From an uncultured delta proteobacterium (GTDB lineage Bacteria; Myxococcota_A; Polyangia; Polyangiales; B10-G4), in the NCBI GenBank assembly GCA_963727445.1, contig CAVSGI010000020.1, forward strand, positions 128,001 through 192,000: a stretch of 64,000 nucleotides of DNA. The letters are read 5' to 3'. Position numbers and translations under genes: made by a program. Position 1 is the first letter of the stretch, and each line of letters begins with the position of its first letter. The notes under the pieces are model-generated. The model ran no database searches. It was not told where the DNA came from and saw nothing but the letters and a program-made list of their open reading frames with translations. This document shows, piece after piece, positions 58,403 through 64,000 of the stretch.

Positions 58403-59325
58403 GGCGCGCCCCCGAGGTCGGCGTTCGGGTGCAGGAGACGGGCGAGGTCGCGCGCGCCCTCGGCCGCATACTGCGAGGCGGAGAGGACGCGGCGGGGGTC
58501 GATCTCCCGAACGCGACCCGTCCGCACGGCGGTGAGCCCCTCGAATACCGGCGAGTCGACGAAGGACGGTGGCGGTACCACCTGCCGCCCGCGCCCGTCG
58601 GCGGCATAGGTCACGACCAGGATCATCTCCGGATCGAGCGCGAGGAGCTGCTCGTCGCCGATGATGCCGTGTCCGACGATGCCCGCTTCGCGCGCGGCGT
58701 TGATGCCGCCGGCCAGGTCGAGGAGCTCGTCGAAGAGCGTTCCCTCGCCGGGCGTGTACCCGCCGCGGTTGTATAGAAGCACGCGCGGTCGAGGCATTCC
58801 CCGGACCGCGGTGGCGACCGCGCCCAGCGTGGCCCGCATGCGCGCGATCACCGGGTCGGCCTGCGCCGGCACCGCCACCGCGGCGGCCACGGTGCGGAGG
58901 TTGTCCTCGATGCCGGAGACGGTGGTGGCGGGCGCGACGGTGAGCACCGGCACCCGGCTCCGGGACAGGAGCAGCATCGCCTCCGGCCGGGTGTAGGGGT
59001 TGGTGACGACCAGATCGGGAGAGAGGGAGAGGATGCGCTCGGCGTCGCCGCTGACCCGCGCTCCGATCGCCGCCGCCTCGTTCACGACGTTCGAGGCCGC
59101 CGGGTCGTCCGCGAAGGTGCTCAGGGCGATCAGGTGGTCCCGGGGCGCGACGGCCAGGAGCATCTCGTCGGTGGAGAGGGTGGCCGAGACGATCCGTCCG
59201 GGCACCACTCCGGGGGTGGGCGCCCTCAGGGTCGGGGGCGGCGCGGCGTCCTCGGCCGCCTTGGCGAGGAGCGCGCTCGACAGCAGGAGCACCGCCGCCC
59301 CGAGATAGATCGGGCCCTCGCGCAT
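58399..59325 (-). CDS. BtuF-like ABC substrate-binding protein
   Basis: RIVS..TDEML, ERILSLSPDLV, LAGGIN, EQLLALDPE. Confidence 0.88.
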   Translation of the reverse strand: MREGPIYLGAAVLLLSSALLAKAAEDAAPPPTLRAPTPGVVPGRIVSATLSTDEMLLAVAPRDHLIALSTFADDPAASNVVNEAAAIGARVSGDAERILSLSPDLVVTNPYTRPEAMLLLSRSRVPVLTVAPATTVSGIEDNLRTVAAAVAVPAQADPVIARMRATLGAVATAVRGMPRPRVLLYNRGGYTPGEGTLFDELLDLAGGINAAREAGIVGHGIIGDEQLLALDPEMILVVTYAADGRGRQVVPPPSFVDSPVFEGLTAVRTGRVREIDPRRVLSASQYAAEGARDLARLLHPNADLGGAP

Positions 59326-59384
59326 GGGGCGAGCATGTAGCAGAAATTTTGACCTCTCGGGGGTCTGCCCCGAACCCTCGGGCC

Positions 59385-60662
59385 ATGCGGAAGAGGCCCC
59401 TCTACGTCGCCATCATCGCGTCCGTCGTCGCTGTCATCGCCGTCTTCGCCTGGACCTACCACCAACAGAGCGAGGCCGACGCCCTCGTGGCGAGCGCTCG
59501 CGCGCGGCTCGGCGCGTCCCTGGCCGAAGCCCCCGAGCTCGACCGGATCCAGGGCTCGACCGCCCTGAGCTTCCTCGAGCGCGCGCACGATCTCGGTCGC
59601 GACGACAAGGAGCTCTCCGGCCTCAGGCACTACGCCGAAGCACTTCAGCATCTCGCGGCCGGCGACCTCGTCTTCGCGGAGGGGCAGCTCACCGCGGCGC
59701 GCCACGAGCTCGGATGGACTCCCGACCTGCGCGTCCTCGCCGCCGAGATCGCGCGCCGGCTCACGAAGATCGACGAAGCGAAGAGTCACGTCGCCCTCGC
59801 TCTCGAAGAGCAGCCCGACCACCCGCGCGCGCTCCTGATGCGCGCCGACCTCGCCCTCGACGACGCGGACGCGGCGGCAGCGCTCCTCGACCTCGAGGTG
59901 CTTCGCGACGCGCAGCCCGAGGCGTCGGTGGTGCGCAATCGCCTGGGCGTCGCGCTCATCGCGCTCGGCCGCATGGATAGGGCACGCGAGGAGCTTCGCG
60001 AGGCGATGCGTCTGTCGGACGCCAGCCCCGACCCGTGGATCAACATGGGCCGCCTCGAGCGGCGCGCCGGCAATCATCAGGCGGCCTTCGATGCGTTCGA
60101 CGGAGCCATCGCCATCTCCGCTGGCGACCCGGACGCTCATCTCGGGCGCGGGCTCGCGCGCGCAGTCCTGGGCGAGCTCCGAGAGGCCGAAGGCGACTTC
60201 CGCCGTGCCGCCGAGCTGGCGCCGAACGACGCCGAGCCGCTCCTCGCGCTCGGCGACCTTCTGCGCGATCTCGGACAGGTGTCCGACGCCATCGAGGTCT
60301 ATCGCGAGGCGCTCGGGCGGGAAGACGCGGACGCGGCCAGCTGGCTCAAGCTGGGCAACGTGCTGGTGATGGGCGGGCAGCCCAGGCTCGCGGCGCGCGC
60401 CTTCACCGAAGCGATCGAGCGTGCCCCCGGCCTCGCCCCGGCCCACAACGGGCTGGGCGCCGCCCTGATGCAGATGGGCCAGGCCGAGGAGGCCGCCGAG
60501 GTGCTGGCACGGGCGGCCGAGCTCGACCTCGAGGACCCGAATCCTCTGATGAACCTCGCTCTGTTGCGGGAGCGGGTGGGGGACCGCGACGGTGCCCGGA
60601 GCGCGTGGGAGGCGGCACTGGACAGGGACCCCGCCCTCACCATCGCGCGCGAGCACCTCTGA
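59385..60662 (+). CDS. Membrane-anchored tetratricopeptide repeat protein
   Basis: N-terminal TM helix; multiple TPR units (AHNGLG, WINMG, LMNLA). Confidence 0.88.
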   Translation: MRKRPLYVAIIASVVAVIAVFAWTYHQQSEADALVASARARLGASLAEAPELDRIQGSTALSFLERAHDLGRDDKELSGLRHYAEALQHLAAGDLVFAEGQLTAARHELGWTPDLRVLAAEIARRLTKIDEAKSHVALALEEQPDHPRALLMRADLALDDADAAAALLDLEVLRDAQPEASVVRNRLGVALIALGRMDRAREELREAMRLSDASPDPWINMGRLERRAGNHQAAFDAFDGAIAISAGDPDAHLGRGLARAVLGELREAEGDFRRAAELAPNDAEPLLALGDLLRDLGQVSDAIEVYREALGREDADAASWLKLGNVLVMGGQPRLAARAFTEAIERAPGLAPAHNGLGAALMQMGQAEEAAEVLARAAELDLEDPNPLMNLALLRERVGDRDGARSAWEAALDRDPALTIAREHL

Positions 60663-60682
60663 CCTGATACCGTTTCTCCCGC

Positions 60683-62593
60683 ATGGGAGCGCGCCGCTAC
60701 GAGGTCACCAAACGCCGCGTCTACGACGCGCCGAGGCCTTTCGTGTGGGCGCTGGTGGCGGACAGCAATCGCTGGGACCGGGCGTGTGGTCTCAAGCCGG
60801 GTCAGTACGCGTGGCGCGAGGTGGACGGAGTGTGGAGCCGCGTCGCCAAGGCGCGCGAGCTCGGCTTCGCCCTCGAGTGGATTGAGCCGCCCTATCTCTG
60901 GGTCGAGGGTCGCTTCCTCCACGGCGCGCGCACCTTCCTCGAGGGGCCCACCGACGTCGGCGGTTTCATGTGCCGGCTCGAAGACGTGGAAGGGGGCACC
61001 GAGGTAGTGGCCACGGCGTTCGTCGACGCCGGGGGTGCGACCGGGACCTTCGCCGGATTGCTCATGCGAGCGCGGTTCAAGAGCGCGCTCGACCGCTACC
61101 TCCACGCCATCGGCGAGGTGATCGCCCGCACCAACGCGGACGACGACGACGCCACCCCCGCCGTGATGTCGGCGCGTCGCGCGCTCATGGGCGGGTACGA
61201 CGCCGTGACCTCGGGCCACCGGAGCGAATGCGATGGCGCGGTCCTGTCTCGGCGCGGCGCGCTTCTGGGTGAGGCGGGCGTCTCGGAGGAGGTGGCCGAA
61301 GCGATCCTCGCGCACCTCCGCGATCGTCCCGACGAGGAGGTCTCCCAGATCCGCCCCTTCGAGCTGGCGCGGGTCTGGGGCCTCGATCGACGCGAAGTGC
61401 TCAAGGGATTCCTGCACGCGACCGTCGCGGGCCTGACCGATCTGAAGTGGCAGATCAACTGTCCGGTCTGCCGCGTCTCGGCGAGCGTCAAAGGCTCGCT
61501 CGAGGAGGTGCGCGAGACCGTGCACTGCGACGCCTGCAACATCGGCTACGACCTCGACTTCGGCAAGCACGTCGAGGCGGTCTTCCAGTCGAATCCCGCG
61601 GTGCGCGAGGTCCACGCCGCCGTCTATTGCGCGTCGAGCCCGACCTTTCTGCCGCACGTCTTCGCCCAGCTCCGGGTAGGCCCAGGGGACACGCTCGAGG
61701 AGAGGGCGGACGTGCCCGCGGGGGAGCTCCACCTGCGCACCCTCGTGGGGCGCGCGACGGCTGATTCCGATCTCTCGGGTCACGAAGGCAGCCCGTCGTT
61801 GGTGATCTCCTTCGACGGCGACCGCCTCGAGGTCGAGGCGCGTGAGGACGGCAAAGGGACGCTGGAGGTGAAGAACTCCGGCTCGCGCGAGGACACCGTG
61901 CTGGTGGAGCGCGCGGGGTGGAGCGCCGATGCGGTGCTCGGAAACATCGTCGCGTCGTTTCCCGAGTTCGTCGATCTCTTCGCTACCGAGGCGCCGGCTT
62001 CCGGGGTCGAGCTCTCCATCGGGACGCTTTCGCTCCTCTTCTCCGACCTCACCGGTTCGACGGCGCTCTACGAGCGGATCGGTGACGCGAAGGCCTTCGC
62101 GCTAGTGGAGGAGCACTTCGAGCTGATGGATTCGATCGTGCGTCGCCACGGAGGCGCGCTGGTGAAGACGATGGGGGACGCGGTGATGGCGTCCTTCTCT
62201 TCGGCGGTCGGCGCGGTGAACGCGGCCCTGGAGATGGTGAAGGCGAACGACGAGCGCTTCGGAGAGCACGGCTTGGCCGTCCGCATCGGCGTCCACGAGG
62301 GGCCATGTCTCGCCGTGCGCGCCAACGATCGCCTCGACTTCTTCGGCACGACGGTGAACGTCGCCGCGCGCCTCGAGGGAAAAGCGAAGCCGGGGCACGT
62401 CGTGTTGACGGAGGAGATGGCGGCGCGTCCGAGCATCGGTGAGCTCATCGCGCCCCACCCGCGCGTGCCCTTCGACGCGGACCTCAAGGGGATCAGCGCG
62501 ACGCAGCGGCTCGTGATGATCGCGGCGCGCGGAGAGCGCGAGGCGCAGGAGGAAGAGAGCGCCTCCAACCGCTCGGCGGCGCGCTCGTCCTAG
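60683..62593 (+). CDS. Class III adenylate/guanylate cyclase with DUF5939-like domain and START-like N-terminus
   Basis: FSDLTGSTALYE, VKTMGDAVM, IGVHEG, DFFGTTVNVAAR; CPVC..HCDAC. Confidence 0.9.
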   Translation: MGARRYEVTKRRVYDAPRPFVWALVADSNRWDRACGLKPGQYAWREVDGVWSRVAKARELGFALEWIEPPYLWVEGRFLHGARTFLEGPTDVGGFMCRLEDVEGGTEVVATAFVDAGGATGTFAGLLMRARFKSALDRYLHAIGEVIARTNADDDDATPAVMSARRALMGGYDAVTSGHRSECDGAVLSRRGALLGEAGVSEEVAEAILAHLRDRPDEEVSQIRPFELARVWGLDRREVLKGFLHATVAGLTDLKWQINCPVCRVSASVKGSLEEVRETVHCDACNIGYDLDFGKHVEAVFQSNPAVREVHAAVYCASSPTFLPHVFAQLRVGPGDTLEERADVPAGELHLRTLVGRATADSDLSGHEGSPSLVISFDGDRLEVEAREDGKGTLEVKNSGSREDTVLVERAGWSADAVLGNIVASFPEFVDLFATEAPASGVELSIGTLSLLFSDLTGSTALYERIGDAKAFALVEEHFELMDSIVRRHGGALVKTMGDAVMASFSSAVGAVNAALEMVKANDERFGEHGLAVRIGVHEGPCLAVRANDRLDFFGTTVNVAARLEGKAKPGHVVLTEEMAARPSIGELIAPHPRVPFDADLKGISATQRLVMIAARGEREAQEEESASNRSAARSS

Positions 62594-62649
62594 TGCGATG
62601 CCATCGCTCGGCGGGCCTCCGAAGACCTCGCCGAGCGCGGCCGTCGCTT

Positions 62650-63861
62650 CTACATGCTGACGCCGGCGCTGGCGCTGGTGCTCACCGAGAGCGCGCCATC
62701 CGCGCTGGAGGAGACCTCGGCGGAGGCCTGGACCTGTACGTCCACGGCGGCGGTCATGCAGGCCGACGCTTCGAGACCGGCTTCGAGGGCGGCGCCCGCG
62801 GCGCTGGTCAGGCGGTCGGCGATTCGAATTCCGGCGTTGGCGACGACCGCAGACTTCTGAAGGACGTTGAGCAGGGTGGGCAGGTTCTCGCTCAGGGTCG
62901 CCGCGAGCGCGTCGATCATGGCCACCGCGTCTGCGGAACCGGTGAAGACGACGATGACCTGGGGATCGGTGCACTCGGCCTCCGCCGCCAGCTGCGTCTC
63001 ACAGGCCGCCTTGCAGTCGGCGTTGGCCATGATGTCGACGTCGCCGCCGTCGCAGTGCGGCTCCATGAACTCGACGCTGCACTCACCGGTGCAGGTGCCG
63101 TCGCACGTGGCCATCACGTCACTGGTGCAGCTGCCGTTGCACATCCCCGAGCAGCTGCCCGTGCAGCTACCTTCGATGTCGCCCATGCACTGGCCGCGGC
63201 ACGTTCCGTCGCAGTTGCCCATGCAGTTTCCGTCGCCGTCCATTGCGTCGCAGGTCCCCTCGCAACGACCGGCGCAGGTGCCAGTGCAGGTGCCCTCGAC
63301 GCGGGCGTCGCAGGTGCCGGTGCAGGTGCCGTTGCAGGTCGCGTCGCAAGCGACCATGCCCTCGACGGTGCAGGTGCCGCTGCAGTCTGCCGTGCAGGTG
63401 CCGCTCAGCATGCCGCCCATGCACGTCGGCGGCGTCGCCGTCGCGTCGAAGTCCGCATCACAGTCCGCGGCGCACATCGCCGAGGCGGTCAGGTCGATGC
63501 TGCACTCGGCCGGGATGATGTCGATGGCGATGGTCGCCATGGCGTTTGCGGAGAAGACGGCGTCGATGGCGGCCGAGGCGTTGGCGCAGGCGGTGTCGAC
63601 GTCGGTGCCCATCTCCGCTCCGAGGTCGGTCGCGATGGCGTTGCAGGCCCGGAGCGTGTCCGCCTGGATCTCGTTCGCGGCGATGTTCAGCTGGGCGGTC
63701 GCTTCGAGCAGCGCATCTACCTCGGCGCCGTCGAAGTTGGCGTCGAAGCTGCTGTTGAAGTCGAGCCCGCACTCGGTGGAGCCGAGTGGGCCGTCCGTGC
63801 CGCAGCTGGTGAGAAGGAAGGCGACGAGTGAAATCGAAGCGAGGCGTAGAAAGGTCTTCAT
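62650..63861 (-). CDS. Cysteine-rich lipoprotein (CxGxC repeats between helical regions)
   Basis: LTSC lipobox; tandem CTGTC/CDGTC repeats. Confidence 0.85.
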   Translation of the reverse strand: MKTFLRLASISLVAFLLTSCGTDGPLGSTECGLDFNSSFDANFDGAEVDALLEATAQLNIAANEIQADTLRACNAIATDLGAEMGTDVDTACANASAAIDAVFSANAMATIAIDIIPAECSIDLTASAMCAADCDADFDATATPPTCMGGMLSGTCTADCSGTCTVEGMVACDATCNGTCTGTCDARVEGTCTGTCAGRCEGTCDAMDGDGNCMGNCDGTCRGQCMGDIEGSCTGSCSGMCNGSCTSDVMATCDGTCTGECSVEFMEPHCDGGDVDIMANADCKAACETQLAAEAECTDPQVIVVFTGSADAVAMIDALAATLSENLPTLLNVLQKSAVVANAGIRIADRLTSAAGAALEAGLEASACMTAAVDVQVQASAEVSSSADGALSVSTSASAGVSM

Positions 63862-63926
63862 GGGCAGGATGATATCGGATCCGCCCGACGCGCGAGACCC
63901 CCCGCGACAACCCTTTGGATTCGTTA

Positions 63927-64000
63927 TCAGTCCGCTTGGGCCGCTTCGCGCCCCAGCGCCTGGTCCACGATCGGTGTCAGCTCGCCCGACATGTACATGT
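63927..64000 (-). CDS. 3' end of a probable monothiol glutaredoxin (partial, cut by the window edge)
   Basis: Reads MYMSGELTPIVDQALGREAAQAD-stop; MYxSGEL resembles the Grx4/GrxD C-terminus; only 24 codons visible. Confidence 0.5.
   Translation of the reverse strand, partial: MYMSGELTPIVDQALGREAAQAD

Overview
This is a very GC-rich bacterial fragment whose gene content (many Cys-rich and RCC1-repeat lipoproteins, a Ser/Thr kinase next to a TPR/PEGA-type protein, a ferritin-like lipoprotein) points to Myxococcota, probably Polyangia/Sandaracinaceae-like; that taxonomy is an inference. The left flank (1-12.3 kb) holds zwf, a REP-like inverted-repeat cluster, a Tat-exported DUF362 protein, a FadR regulator with a C45 hydrolase, dmpA, a polytopic membrane protein, an ArsB/NhaD transporter and a universal stress protein. 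The middle (12.4-47 kb) is an accessory tract of modular surface lipoproteins with many frameshifted or internally deleted remnants. At its centre is a Y1/HUH (RAYT-like) transposase bracketed by two mutually inverted repeat arrays that share the core GYGAGATCCGAACCAGGTTG. Directly beside the left array is a divergent gene pair with a sigma28-like promoter that looks like an effector plus membrane partner. The right part holds hslO, a cobalamin riboswitch leading a lipoprotein-rich TonB-dependent receptor operon, a lipase, a degenerate kinase, a BtuFCD-like ABC transporter, a TPR protein, an adenylate/guanylate cyclase, a Cys-rich lipoprotein and the 3' end of a probable monothiol glutaredoxin. 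I saw no rRNA, tRNA or CRISPR array. Start codons were refined by eye and no database searches were run.
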